A stretch of 36,083 nt of DNA from assembly GCA_041599195.1 (NCBI GenBank), contig JBFHXA010000001.1, positions 1 to 36,083 of the forward strand. Reading direction: 5' to 3'. The notes under the pieces are model-generated. The model ran no database searches. It worked only from the letters and a program-made list of their open reading frames with translations, and was not told the DNA's origin. The position numbers and the translations under genes were made by a program. This document shows positions 13,106 to 24,103 of the stretch, one piece after another (within the stretch, counting starts at the first letter, position 1; each line of letters begins with the position of its first letter). This DNA comes from Trichloromonas sp. (GTDB lineage Bacteria > Desulfobacterota > Desulfuromonadia > Desulfuromonadales > Trichloromonadaceae).

Positions 13106-13816
13106 GTGAGAAAGAAACTAGTCGACAGCCATCTTACCCTGCGCGAGAAGATTCTCGAGACAATCCGTGAGGCAATCCTCAAGGGAGCTCTCAAGCCCGG
13201 CGAGAAGGTGGCTGAGCCTGAACTGGCAGAACGCTTCGGCATCAGCCGGACACCGATCCGCGAGGCATTCAGGCAGCTCGAGTCCGAAGGCTACCTGACG
13301 GTTATCCCCCGCAAGGGCGCAGTGGTCGCATCCCTTTCTGAGCGGGATGTCGAAGAGTTTTACGCCATCAAAAGTATTCTTGAGGGGTACGCGGCCCGGA
13401 TGGCCGCGGAAAAAATGACCGAAAAAGATATCGAACGTCTCGAAGGGATCAACGAACGCCTCGAAAAGTTGGCCCGGGAAGGCGATGTGAAAAATTTCTT
13501 CCGGGTCCACAACGATTTCCATGAATGCTTCATCAGGGCGGCCGGCAATGAAAAGCTGCTTGAGTTGATCAGCCAGCTGCTGCTGAAATTCAATCGGCTG
13601 CGAATGGCCTCTTTATCGCTGCCGGGGCGCATGGAAATCTCGGTGCAGGAACATCGGAAAATTATCGAAGCATTCAAGAAGCGCCAGGGCGAACGGGCCG
13701 AAAGCCTGGTTACCAAGACCGCGGCCTACGGCGGCCAGTTGCTTATTCAGAGCATGGCTCAGAAGGAGGGTCGGGAGGTGGAAACTTCGATTCTGCATCA
13801 GGTCGGTGACGTTTAG
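13106..13816 (+). CDS. GntR family regulator with FCD domain
   Basis: LKPGEKV.E.ELAERFGISRTPIREA wHTH; FH...AAGNEKL and EH.KII in FCD; GTG start with GGAGG. Confidence 0.94.
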   Translation: MRKKLVDSHLTLREKILETIREAILKGALKPGEKVAEPELAERFGISRTPIREAFRQLESEGYLTVIPRKGAVVASLSERDVEEFYAIKSILEGYAARMAAEKMTEKDIERLEGINERLEKLAREGDVKNFFRVHNDFHECFIRAAGNEKLLELISQLLLKFNRLRMASLSLPGRMEISVQEHRKIIEAFKKRQGERAESLVTKTAAYGGQLLIQSMAQKEGREVETSILHQVGDV

Positions 13817-13854
13817 CTGCTGAGACACAGGTTGTCAACGGACAAGAATAGAAT

Positions 13855-13885
13855 CGGCATTCGCGGGAGCGGGTGCCGTTTTTTT
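13855..13885 (+). terminator. Intrinsic terminator
   Basis: CGGCATTCGC-GGGA-GCGGGTGCCG followed by T7. Confidence 0.8.
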
Positions 13886-14088
13886 ATGGAAATTTACGAC
13901 AGGCATCAGCAATAAAATATCTTGCCATCAAAATTGCATGAAGACGTTAAGGAGTCGACGCGGTAAGATTCGAAAAAGCCAGAACACGGGCAGTTCGTGT
14001 TGCTGCTCTCAACCCGTTCAGAGTAGACTTTGCATCAAGGACAACAGGTCATTTTAGTCGTGTTTTCAGCTGCGGCCGGCTCATGGCG

Positions 14089-14863
14089 TCAACTCATCAA
14101 TCGGTAGCCCCGGCTGATCAGCCGGAAGGCCCAACAGAACAGGGTCAGGGCCAAAGCAGCGGTGATTCCGAGGGAGAGCGGCAGCGGGGTTTCGCCGACG
14201 CCGAGCAGGGCGTGGCGGAAGCCGTCGATAAGATAGAAAAGCGGGTTGCCGTAGGAGAGGCGTTCCCAGAATGGCGGCAGGATGCCGATCGGGTAAAAGA
14301 CCCCGCCGAGGTAAATGAGGGGCAGGATGACGAAATTGTTGTACATCGACAAGGCGTCGAAGGAATTGGCGTAGATGGCCGCGATCAGGCCGAACTGGGC
14401 GAACAGGACGCTTGCCAGGCAGGCCATGAGCAGCGCCAGCAGCGGGTTGGCAAAGGGCAGCGTGGCGAAACCGGTCGATATCAGGGTGACGGTCAGGCCG
14501 ACCAGCAAGCCCCTGAGCATGGCCGCCAGGGTGTAGGCGAGGATGAACTGCGGCGGACTGATCGGTGTGACCAGCAGGTCGACGATGTTGCCGAGGTAGC
14601 GGGACATGAAGAGGGACGACGAGGTGTTGGCGAAGGAGTTGGAGATCACCCCCATGAGAATCAGGCCGGGGATCACGAACTGGGCGTAGCTGAACTCATC
14701 GATCACCGAAATGCGCTCGCCGAGGGTGGCGCCGAAGACAAAGAGGTACAGGGAGGCGGTGATGATCGGGGTCAGCAGGGTCTGGATGGAGACGCGCAAA
14801 AAGCGCAGCACCTCTTTTTTGAACAGGGTATAAAAGGGCAGCCAGCGGCCAGCCACAGTGACC

Positions 14864-14883
<20 letters not shown>
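14089..14883 (-). CDS. ABC-2 type transporter permease (YadH-like)
   Basis: TLFKKEVLRF, QTLLTP, YLFVFG, PGLILMG, YLGGVFY, NPLFYLIDGFR; about six hydrophobic segments. Confidence 0.93.
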
Positions 14884-15811
<928 letters not shown>

Positions 15812-15817
15812 GGCCGC

Positions 15818-15846
15818 ACTATACGCCGGCAGAGACCGGCATGCAA
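15818..15846 (-). promoter_or_regulatory. Sigma70 promoter of the ABC operon (probably leaderless)
   Basis: Minus strand TTGCAT-17 bp-TATAGT; ATG begins 6 nt after the -10 element. Confidence 0.55.
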
Positions 15847-15870
15847 CACTCCCCGTGAAACAGGTGATGG

Positions 15871-16650
15871 ATGACATTGGAAGAACAGGCAGACAGTCCA
15901 GAAACGCTGGACATCCTTTATCGCGACGATGATTTGGTGGCGGTCCACAAGCCGAGCGGACTGCTGGTTCACCGCAGCGAGATCGACCGGCGGGAAACCC
16001 GCTTTGCCCTGCAGCTGGTGCGGGATCAGCTCGGCCAATGGGTGTACCCGGTGCACCGCCTCGACCGACCGACATCCGGGGTGTTGCTGCTCGCCCTAAA
16101 TCCAGAAGCCGCGCGGGCCCTGTCCGCTGCCTTTGCTGACGGCATGGTGAAAAAAACCTATTTGGCCGTAGTGCGGGGTATCGCCCCGGAAGAGGGGCTC
16201 ATCGACTACCCGCTGGTCGAGGAGCCGGACCGGATCAGTGACCGCCAGGCGAGCAAAGACAAGGGGGCGCAGCCGGCGGTCACCGCATTTCGGCGGCTGG
16301 CCCAAGTCGAACTCCCCTGCCCCGTCGGCCGCTATCCCAGCAGCCGATACAGCCTGCTCGAGGCCCATCCCCGCACCGGCCGCAAGCACCAGCTTCGCCG
16401 GCACTTCAAGCACCTGTTCCACCCCATCATCGGCGACACCAAGCATGGTGAAGGGCGGCACAATCGGTTTTTTCGCGAGGAATTCGACTGTCACCGCCTG
16501 CTGCTGGCGGCGATCGCAGTGGAATTCCAGCATCCGGTGACGGGTGTTCTGATTCGCGTCAGTGCGCCGCTAGACCCGGTTTTTGCTGCGGTTGTCACAA
16601 GACTTGGATGGACTGCACAGGTGCCGATGGACTTGGCGAAAATTGAATAA
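15871..16650 (+). CDS. truC: tRNA pseudouridine(65) synthase TruC
   Basis: KPSGLLVHRS, VHRLDRPTSG with catalytic Asp, TGRKHQLRRH, IIGDTKHG.GRHNR. Confidence 0.92.
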   Translation: MTLEEQADSPETLDILYRDDDLVAVHKPSGLLVHRSEIDRRETRFALQLVRDQLGQWVYPVHRLDRPTSGVLLLALNPEAARALSAAFADGMVKKTYLAVVRGIAPEEGLIDYPLVEEPDRISDRQASKDKGAQPAVTAFRRLAQVELPCPVGRYPSSRYSLLEAHPRTGRKHQLRRHFKHLFHPIIGDTKHGEGRHNRFFREEFDCHRLLLAAIAVEFQHPVTGVLIRVSAPLDPVFAAVVTRLGWTAQVPMDLAKIE

Positions 16651-16849
16651 ATTAAAACAGTCAATAATGTTGAATGGTTATTGTAAATTCTTTTTATTTG
16701 CATTAGGTTTAATATGGGGCTGCGCAATTTTCAGTAGACCGCAGACAATTAGGACCTTCTTTAGATCCGGACTTATGTTGCCGTAATGAAGATGGCATTA
16801 ATGCCCCGGTGCGTTTTTGGGGGTATGATTCCATTTGGGGGATGGGTCA

Positions 16850-17594
16850 ATGCGCTCACATCGACCTCTGCTGCTACTTGAAGACAATCCAGGCGATGCC
16901 CGGATCATTGGCGAATATCTGCCTGCAAACATCCTTTCTTTTTGTCAAGTTACGACCCTCAAAGAAGCAATCACCTCGTCAGCCAGCCAGGATTTTGCCG
17001 TCATGTTGTCTGAACTTAATTTTCTAAAAGGCCATGCTTTTCCACGCTTGAGCAGTTGCATGAATAAGCGCCCAACCGGCCTACTGCAACTCTGACGGGG
17101 AGGGATGACGAAACCAAGGCTCTTGAGGCTCTATAACGAGGCGTCGGACTATCGGTCTAAACAGGGTCTTTGGGAAGCACTTTTTTTTCGACCCCCGGGT
17201 TATGCCATTGAGAGAATGCATATCACCCAAGATCTGCAGCTTAATCAAGCCGCCCAGAACTTGCTCCATCTGCTGGCCTTTTGTGGCAAGGGACTGTCTC
17301 TCGAAGGTCTTGACCTGTCCCCGTTGTTGATCGACCAGGATCGCAGGTACCTGGCAAATCCACCTGGAAAAATTCTCGCTCCTCTTCTGCCGGATTAGCG
17401 GTTCGGATATTGGCAAAGGAGGGTTAGGGTTCTGAATGATTCAGACCAGGCTGGTTGTTGAAGCTCACCGGAGAGTTATGGATCTGACCAGCGCCCCGAT
17501 TTAGGGAAGGTCAGTCAGGTTGCGCCTCCCACGGGTTTTGATGCGAGAAAGGCTCGAAAAAAAGATCAGCCCTGATCAAGGAGCGGGCCCATGA
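16850..17594 (+). pseudogene. Decayed response regulator (REC, probably followed by PAS)
   Basis: LLLLEDNPGDARII; frameshift; STLEQLHE*APNRP..LTGRDDETKALEAL*RG (stops at 17065 and 17134); frameshift; DY.SKQ..YAIER; PAS-like LLIDQDRRYLANP; 3' end uncertain. Confidence 0.75.
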
Positions 17595-18616
17595 ACATTT
17601 CTCCAAGACGATTCCTTTCAACCTTGGTGTTGTCCGTATTGTTGGCCGGATTGACCGCCTGCGAGCAGCAGCCGGCAGCGACGCCCGCGTCCATCAGCCA
17701 AGGTGAACCATTGACCCTCGGTCTGCCTCTTCATCCGACCAGCGCCTTGGCGTTGGTTGCATGGAAGAAGGGTTTTTTCACCGAAGAAGGGCTGGACATC
17801 CTCGTTAAGGAATATCCCAGCGGCAAATTGGCTCTGCAAGCAATGCTCGCCGGCGAGTGTGATATTGCGACCACGGCATCCATCCCGGTGGCCACCACCA
17901 GCTTAAAAAACCGCGATTTCCGAATTCTCGCCACTCTGGCGAATGTTACTGATGTTTACCGGGTCGTCGCCCGTACGGACCTGGGTATTCAGACCCCCGC
18001 AGACCTGCGCGGCAAGCGCGTGGCCACCCAGAGGGCTTCGGCGGTTCATTTCTTTCTGCACCTGTTTCTCCTGCAGCACAATCTGAACGAAAAAGACATC
18101 GAGCTCTCGTTTCTGCCCGCCACAGCTCTGCCGTCCGCCCTGGAGAGCGGCGCGATCGATGCGTTCAGTATGCGCGAACCGTTTGTCTCCCAAGCCAGGG
18201 ACCTGCTTGGCGACCGGGTGGTCATATTTTCCTCGCCGGGGTTGTACGATTCCTATGAACTTCTGGTGGCGCGGAAGGATATCGTTGACAACTCCCCGGA
18301 TCGACTGCTGCGCGTCGTCCGGGCGCTGGTGCGGGCGGAAATATACAGTCGGTCCCACCCGGAGCCGGCTCAGCAGGCGGTGGCCGAGGCACTGGGCGTC
18401 GAGCGTGAATCGATCCGGCAACTGTGGCCTGCACTGCATCTGGAGCTGTATCTACCCCAGTCTCTGGTTATCAGTCTCGAAGATGAAGCCGCCTGGGCTA
18501 AACGGGAGAATGTTGAGGGTGATCCACCGGCCAACTTTCTCGATCTTTTCTGGCCTGAGGCCCTGACCCGCGCCAAGCCGGATGGCATATCGATCATTCC
18601 CTTGGAGCGGCTATGA
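17591..18616 (+). CDS. Periplasmic substrate-binding lipoprotein, NMT1/SsuA/THI5-like
   Basis: Lipobox LTAC; KKGFFTEEGLD, DLRGKRVA, LESGAIDA motifs; stop overlaps the kinase start (ATGA). Confidence 0.88.
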   Translation: MNISPRRFLSTLVLSVLLAGLTACEQQPAATPASISQGEPLTLGLPLHPTSALALVAWKKGFFTEEGLDILVKEYPSGKLALQAMLAGECDIATTASIPVATTSLKNRDFRILATLANVTDVYRVVARTDLGIQTPADLRGKRVATQRASAVHFFLHLFLLQHNLNEKDIELSFLPATALPSALESGAIDAFSMREPFVSQARDLLGDRVVIFSSPGLYDSYELLVARKDIVDNSPDRLLRVVRALVRAEIYSRSHPEPAQQAVAEALGVERESIRQLWPALHLELYLPQSLVISLEDEAAWAKRENVEGDPPANFLDLFWPEALTRAKPDGISIIPLERL

Positions 18617-21333
18617 AGATCCGGACCCGGTTTCGCCTCAATCTGGTCATCTCCATCGTAACTCCGCTGATAGTTGTGCTACTGCTGTTCACCTTGAATC
18701 AGGAGTTTGCTGCCGGACGGCAGCAGCGCCGGCAGGCGAGCGAAATCCGCGTTTCAATCAGCCAGCTCAGCATGCTGCTCTCCGAACTGATCGTCCGCCC
18801 CGGCGAACGGGTGGTGCTGCAGTGGCAGGCTATGCAGGGAAAACTCAATGACCAACTTGCGGGTGTCAGTTTCGATGATCCTGATCAACTAGCCGCGTGC
18901 AACAGCCTGCTGACTCTCAACCAGGTGCTGGGCGAGAGATTCTCCATTGTGACGGTGCGCTTAAATGCCCTTAGCAGCCGAGAAACATCATTTGTTTCTG
19001 GTCGTGACGAACTGGCGGAACGCATGCTGCTGCAGCTTCTGAATACCCTGCAGCACATGCGCGACGAAAGCGTGCTGATCAGCGAATTGACTGAAAAACA
19101 CACCATAGCGAGCCTGCATCGACACGGCGAAACCACACTGGTGTCGGTAACCGTGCTGGCGCTTCTTATGGCGCTGGTCTCCATCAGCACCGCGCGTCGG
19201 GTCAGCCCGGCCCTGCGGCGACTGCAAGAAGGTGTCCATATCATTCAGGAGGGCGATCTCGATTTTCGACTGGGGCCTGAACCTGAAGACGAAATCGGGG
19301 ATTTGGCAAAGGCCTTAAACGCCATGCTCGATATCCGGGTCGCCGCAATCCAGGCCCTGGAGGCCAGCGAAGGGAAGTACCGGAGCTTGATCGACAACCT
19401 GCCGCTTAATATTTTTCTCAAAGACCCTGATTTGCATTACCTCTCCTGTAACCGGGCTTACGCCGAAAGCCTGGGCATTGACAAAGAGGACATTTTCGGC
19501 AAAACCGATTTCGACTTTTTCTCAAAGGACCTCGCTGAAAAATACCGGGTGGACGACCAAGCCGTACTGAGCGAAGGGAAGCCTATCGACATTGAGGAGA
19601 AATTCCTGGTCGCCGGTCATGAATCCTGGGTGCAGACCATAAAAGTTCCGCTATTCGACCAAAACAATCAAAGCGCCGGTCTGCTTGGGATTTTTTGGGG
19701 AATAACCGAACGTAAGCGGGTGGAAGAGACCATCCTGAAATTGAACCGCGACCTCGAACAGCGGGTTCATGAGCGCACCGGTGATTTACAGCGGACCGTG
19801 CAATTCCTTGAAAAGGAGATCGTCGAGCGCAAGCGCGTCGAACAGGCGCTGAGGGAAAGTGAAGACCGCCTGAGCCGAGCGGTACTCGATGCCCCCTTTC
19901 CGATCATGATTCATGCCGAAGACGGGGAAGTCATCCTTATCAGCCACTCGTGGACGGAACTGACGGGATATCTTCCGGAGGATATCCCGACCATTGCGGA
20001 TTGGGTCGAAAAAGCCTACGGCGAAAAAATGGCCCTGGTCGGAGATGTCATCGACGAACTCTACGGGTTGACCGAAAAGACCCATGAAGGGGAATTTGAG
20101 CTGATAACCAAAAACGGCCAGCACCGAATCTGGGATTTCAGTTCGGCCCCTCTGGGACGCACAGCCGACGGGCGGCGTATGGTGATCAGCATGGCCGTCG
20201 ATGTGACCGAACGCAGGGAGTGGGAAATCGCGCTGAAAAAGAGCGAGGAGCGCTATCGTAGCTATTTTCAGCTCGGGCAGATCGGCATGGCCATAACTTC
20301 GCCGGCAAAGCGCTGGGTTGAGGTCAATGATCGGCTGTGCGATATTTTGGGCTATACCGACGAAGAACTCAAGACCATGACCTGGGAGCAACTGACCCAT
20401 CCGGCGGACTTGAAAAGGAATATCGCCTTGTTCTCTCGTCTGCTGGACGGGAGTGAGGATGAATACGCCCTGGAAAAGCGTTTTATCCACAAGGATGGCA
20501 AGGTTATACACACGTTCATTGCTGTGAGTTGTGTGCGGCGGCCCGACGGTGAACCGGATTACTTTGTGGCCCTGCTACAGGACATCAGTCAAACTAAACG
20601 GGTGGAAGAGAGTCTGGCAAAGACCGTGGTTGACCTGAAACGCTCAAATCAGGAGCTGGAGCAGTTTGCCTACGTAGCCTCTCACGACCTGCAGGAACCG
20701 CTGCGGATGGTCGCCAGTTATGTCCAATTGCTGGCCCGTCGTTATCGCGGCAAGCTCGACGCCGATGCCGACGATTTCATAAACTATGCGGTGACTGGTG
20801 CCAATCGCATGCAGGAGCTGATCAACGACCTGTTGGCTTTCAGCCGGGCCGGCCGCAACAAAGATGCTCTGGTGCCGGTCTCTTGCGAAGAGGTTCTCAA
20901 GACAACCCTGGACAATCTCGAAAGGGCGATCAGCGAAACCCGAGCCGTCATCACCCATGACCCCTTGCCTCGGGTGAACGGGAAGTTTCTGCAGCTGACC
21001 CAGGTTTTTCAGAACCTGGTTGCCAACGCCATTAAATTTCAGGGTGAAGAAACCCCAAGGATCCACATCGGCGCTCGTCAAGAGGGGTCTCAATGGCTCT
21101 TTTCCGTGAAAGACAATGGGATCGGTATTGATCCGGAATACTTCAAAAAAGTGTTTGTCATCTTCCAGCGTCTGCACGGCAAAGACGAATACCCCGGTAC
21201 GGGGATCGGCCTTGCGCTGAGTAAAAAAATCGTCGAGTCTCACGGCGGTCGCATCTGGATCGAATCGCAATCGAAGAAAGGAAGCACGTTCTTCTTTACT
21301 CTCAACGGAGTGGTCAGCCATGAAAACCAATAA
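18613..21333 (+). CDS. Membrane sensor histidine kinase (TM-periplasmic-TM-HAMP-3xPAS-HisKA-HATPase)
   Basis: Two TM segments, HAMP (EDEIGDLAKALNAM), three PAS/PAC repeats, H-box ASHDLQEPLR, N box NLVANAIKF, DNGIGI, GTGIGLA. Confidence 0.95.
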   Translation: MKIRTRFRLNLVISIVTPLIVVLLLFTLNQEFAAGRQQRRQASEIRVSISQLSMLLSELIVRPGERVVLQWQAMQGKLNDQLAGVSFDDPDQLAACNSLLTLNQVLGERFSIVTVRLNALSSRETSFVSGRDELAERMLLQLLNTLQHMRDESVLISELTEKHTIASLHRHGETTLVSVTVLALLMALVSISTARRVSPALRRLQEGVHIIQEGDLDFRLGPEPEDEIGDLAKALNAMLDIRVAAIQALEASEGKYRSLIDNLPLNIFLKDPDLHYLSCNRAYAESLGIDKEDIFGKTDFDFFSKDLAEKYRVDDQAVLSEGKPIDIEEKFLVAGHESWVQTIKVPLFDQNNQSAGLLGIFWGITERKRVEETILKLNRDLEQRVHERTGDLQRTVQFLEKEIVERKRVEQALRESEDRLSRAVLDAPFPIMIHAEDGEVILISHSWTELTGYLPEDIPTIADWVEKAYGEKMALVGDVIDELYGLTEKTHEGEFELITKNGQHRIWDFSSAPLGRTADGRRMVISMAVDVTERREWEIALKKSEERYRSYFQLGQIGMAITSPAKRWVEVNDRLCDILGYTDEELKTMTWEQLTHPADLKRNIALFSRLLDGSEDEYALEKRFIHKDGKVIHTFIAVSCVRRPDGEPDYFVALLQDISQTKRVEESLAKTVVDLKRSNQELEQFAYVASHDLQEPLRMVASYVQLLARRYRGKLDADADDFINYAVTGANRMQELINDLLAFSRAGRNKDALVPVSCEEVLKTTLDNLERAISETRAVITHDPLPRVNGKFLQLTQVFQNLVANAIKFQGEETPRIHIGARQEGSQWLFSVKDNGIGIDPEYFKKVFVIFQRLHGKDEYPGTGIGLALSKKIVESHGGRIWIESQSKKGSTFFFTLNGVVSHENQ

Positions 21334-21757
21334 TAAACCGATGCGGGTTTTGCTCGTCGACGACAATCCCGGAGATCTTCGGCTCATGCTTGAAGTTCTT
21401 CAGGGGAACCCAATGATAAAAAGTATTGAGTCCGCCCTGGGAGGCGAGGAAACTCTGAATCTGCTTGAACACCACCTGCGGGAGTCGCCGAGGCTTCTGC
21501 CGGACCTGATCATTCTGGATATCAAAATGCCCAGCATGGGGGGGCTCGAAGTTCTGGCCCGGATAAAAACCGATGATCTGCTAAAGCGTATCCCGGTCGT
21601 GATGCTGACAAGCTCACAGGACGATAGGGACGTCGCCATGGCCTATGAGCAGCATGCCAACTGCTATATCACAAAGCCGGTCGAACTCGAGCAGTATGTG
21701 GATGTCGTGAAAGCCATCGAGGCATTCTGGATCGACATGGCCGTATTGCCGAACTGA
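21320..21757 (+). CDS. Single-domain response regulator, Rcp1-like
   Basis: [39 protein letters not shown]. Confidence 0.93.
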   Translation: MKTNNKPMRVLLVDDNPGDLRLMLEVLQGNPMIKSIESALGGEETLNLLEHHLRESPRLLPDLIILDIKMPSMGGLEVLARIKTDDLLKRIPVVMLTSSQDDRDVAMAYEQHANCYITKPVELEQYVDVVKAIEAFWIDMAVLPN

Positions 21758-21782
21758 CGATTTACCTTGGGGACAGGAGCCT

Positions 21783-23357
21783 ATGGCCGCAGAGAACAAG
21801 CCGCGACAACCATTACTTGCAGCCCTTGTAAAAAATCACGAGTCCTGGCTTATGGAGCGTATCCTGCAATACGCTAAACGACAGGGCTATACCGAGTACA
21901 CTTCGACCCTGGTGGAGGCCTGGCGGGTTTCGATAGCCGGTCTCTCAGATGCATTGACGAAGGCCTTGGCGTTGAACGACGCTCCCCTGGAGCTTCATCC
22001 CGATGATGACTTCAGGCATGACCCGGTAGCAGAGTACGGCATTCAGCAGGCCCGTAATCATCGGACCCGAGGCCTCACGATTGAGATGTTTCTCGGTTTG
22101 ATGAAATATTATCGGCAAAGCTATCAGGACCTGGTTGCCGAAAATGTGGCACAAGCCGAACTCCGGGAAGCCTATCGGCTTTATCTTGAGCGTTTCTTTG
22201 ACCGCATAGAGATTGGCTTTTGCGGCGAATGGGCCGGCCGTGGCGAAGCAGCAAAAATTACGGAGCTGCAGTCGGCCAATCGCCGGTTGACCAACGAGAA
22301 AAATCTCTACCTGACCATTTTTGAAAGCTTATTTTCGCCCGTTCTGCTGCTTAATACGCAAGGACAGATCGTTAATCTCAATCACCGGGCAAAGGAGCTC
22401 TTCACGTCAAGCAGTTCTCCCGGCAGTGGTTACTATTCACCGCTGGAAACCTTACAGCTGGATTGGCTGGAAGATCTGCTCGCTGTCGCTGAACACCAGG
22501 ATACACAAGTGCGGGAGCTTTTTCTGCCCACCCGAACCGGTGACAGATTATTTGAAATACGGCTGAAAAGAATGTTGGACATCAGCGGCAAATTTACCGG
22601 AACGGTGGTGATGCTACGCGACCTCACCGAGCTGAGAGAGGCGGAACAGGAACGCAGCACGGCCTTTACCGAGCTGCAGCGGTCCAATCTGGAGCTGGAA
22701 AATTTCGCTTACATTGCCTCTCACGATCTGCAGGAGCCGTTGCGCATGATCACGAGCTATCTGCAATTGCTCGATCGCCGTTACCATGCAGCACTTGATG
22801 ACTCGGGAAAGGAATTCATCGAATTTGCCGTCGACGGGGCGCAGCGGATGCGGGTACTGATCGACGACCTGCTCAATTATTCACGAATCGGGCGGAATCG
22901 AGAGGAAAGAACCCAGGTTGATTTGCAGGAGGTGGCGGCGCAGGTTTTGAAAAATATGCAGGTGGCGATAGCGGATTGCGGAGCGCGGATCGAAATCGAT
23001 CCTTTGCCGACCGTTGAAGCGAATGAGTCGCAAATGGTTCAGTTGTTGCAAAATCTGCTGAGCAACGCCATCAAGTTTCGCGGGGACAAGGCGCCGCATA
23101 TCCAGATCCGGGTGGCTGAGCAACCGGCCTTTTGGGCCTTTTCCGTGCAGGACGACGGGATTGGCATTGATTCACAGCACCACGAGCGTATTTTCAAGAT
23201 TTTTCAGCGCCTGCATGGCAAAGAAGACTATCCCGGCACCGGCATCGGACTGGCCCAGTGCCAAAAAATAGTTTATACCCATGGTGGCGAAATCCATGTA
23301 GAGTCAAGCCCTGGTAACGGGGCTACCTTTCACTTCACCCTGAGAAAGGCTGTTTGA
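21783..23357 (+). CDS. Soluble histidine kinase (unassigned helical N-domain-PAS-HisKA-HATPase)
   Basis: No TM segment; PAS (LLLNTQGQIVNLN..MLRDLTE), ASHDLQEPLR, NLLSNAIKF, DDGIGI, GTGIGLA. Confidence 0.93.
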   Translation: MAAENKPRQPLLAALVKNHESWLMERILQYAKRQGYTEYTSTLVEAWRVSIAGLSDALTKALALNDAPLELHPDDDFRHDPVAEYGIQQARNHRTRGLTIEMFLGLMKYYRQSYQDLVAENVAQAELREAYRLYLERFFDRIEIGFCGEWAGRGEAAKITELQSANRRLTNEKNLYLTIFESLFSPVLLLNTQGQIVNLNHRAKELFTSSSSPGSGYYSPLETLQLDWLEDLLAVAEHQDTQVRELFLPTRTGDRLFEIRLKRMLDISGKFTGTVVMLRDLTELREAEQERSTAFTELQRSNLELENFAYIASHDLQEPLRMITSYLQLLDRRYHAALDDSGKEFIEFAVDGAQRMRVLIDDLLNYSRIGRNREERTQVDLQEVAAQVLKNMQVAIADCGARIEIDPLPTVEANESQMVQLLQNLLSNAIKFRGDKAPHIQIRVAEQPAFWAFSVQDDGIGIDSQHHERIFKIFQRLHGKEDYPGTGIGLAQCQKIVYTHGGEIHVESSPGNGATFHFTLRKAV

Positions 23358-23360
23358 AAT

Positions 23361-23822
23361 ATGGTTACTGCTAATCGCCCCATCGAGATTCTGCTGGTTG
23401 AAGATAACCCTGCCGATGTGCGCCTGACGATTGAAGCCTTGAACGAAGGGAAGATCGCCAACAATCTGCAGGTGGCCAAGGACGGGGTCGTCGCGCTCGA
23501 TATCCTTTACCAACGTCCCCCCTACGAGGAGAGCATCCGTCCGGACCTGGTTTTGCTCGATCTGAACCTGCCGAGAAAGGATGGGCGCGAGGTGCTTGCC
23601 GAGATCAAGCAGACGGACAGCCTGAAGAAGATTCCGGTGGTTATTCTGACCACTTCCAAGGCAGAAGAGGATATCCTGCGCAGTTATGGGTTGCACGCGA
23701 ACTGCTATATCACCAAACCAGTTGACCTTGATCAGTTTATAAAAATTATTCGATCGATTGAAGATTTCTGGCTGACGATTGTCACTCTTCCCGGAGGGGA
23801 TGAAGGTTCGGGGATAGACTGA
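23361..23822 (+). CDS. Single-domain response regulator, Rcp1-like
   Basis: [52 protein letters not shown]. Confidence 0.95.
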   Translation: MVTANRPIEILLVEDNPADVRLTIEALNEGKIANNLQVAKDGVVALDILYQRPPYEESIRPDLVLLDLNLPRKDGREVLAEIKQTDSLKKIPVVILTTSKAEEDILRSYGLHANCYITKPVDLDQFIKIIRSIEDFWLTIVTLPGGDEGSGID

Positions 23823-23905
23823 TACGCCAATCGAGCAACCAGATGAATTAATTTATTATAGAGTTTGCTTGACGTTTGGGATGCTAAAAAATTACCGGAG
23901 GGAAC

Positions 23906-24103
23906 ATGTTTTCACCCATTCAGGTATTGTTTATCGAGGACAACCCGGGCGACGCTCGCCTGGTCAAGGAGATGCTTAGCGAGACCGGGCTGATTAGGCT
24001 TTCAAAGTGGCTGAAAAACCTCGGTGGCGGGCTTCATTTCCTGAATGCGGAAGGGAGCGGGTTTGTTTCGGTCAGCGAACCAGGGGGTGGTAATGATCGG
24101 TAG
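23906..24103 (+). pseudogene. Truncated response regulator fragment
   Basis: GGAGG SD and MFSPIQVLFIEDNPGDARLVKEML; similarity is lost before the phosphoacceptor Asp. Confidence 0.7.

Noticed and set aside
13922-13938. Sigma54-like element TTGCCATCAAAATTGCA
   Set aside because: Lacks the invariant GG at -24, and no credible gene lies downstream on that strand
13890-14085. Possible sRNA or 39-codon ORF in the gap between gntR and the permease
   Set aside because: No SD, no convincing promoter-terminator pair and no recognisable family
15847-15862. parS half-site CGTGAAACA
   Set aside because: Left arm does not match; not palindromic
17400-17590. Possible c-di-GMP/cGAMP (GEMM) riboswitch ahead of the signalling cluster
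   Set aside because: No GNRA-capped P2 or GCAAA/receptor pattern recognised; better explained as the tail of the REC-PAS pseudogene. An Rfam scan would settle it
18613-23357. Bacteriophytochrome or light-sensor call for the kinases
   Set aside because: Only the transmitter module is Cph1-like; no PAS-GAF-PHY photosensory core or LOV GxNCRFLQ motif seen
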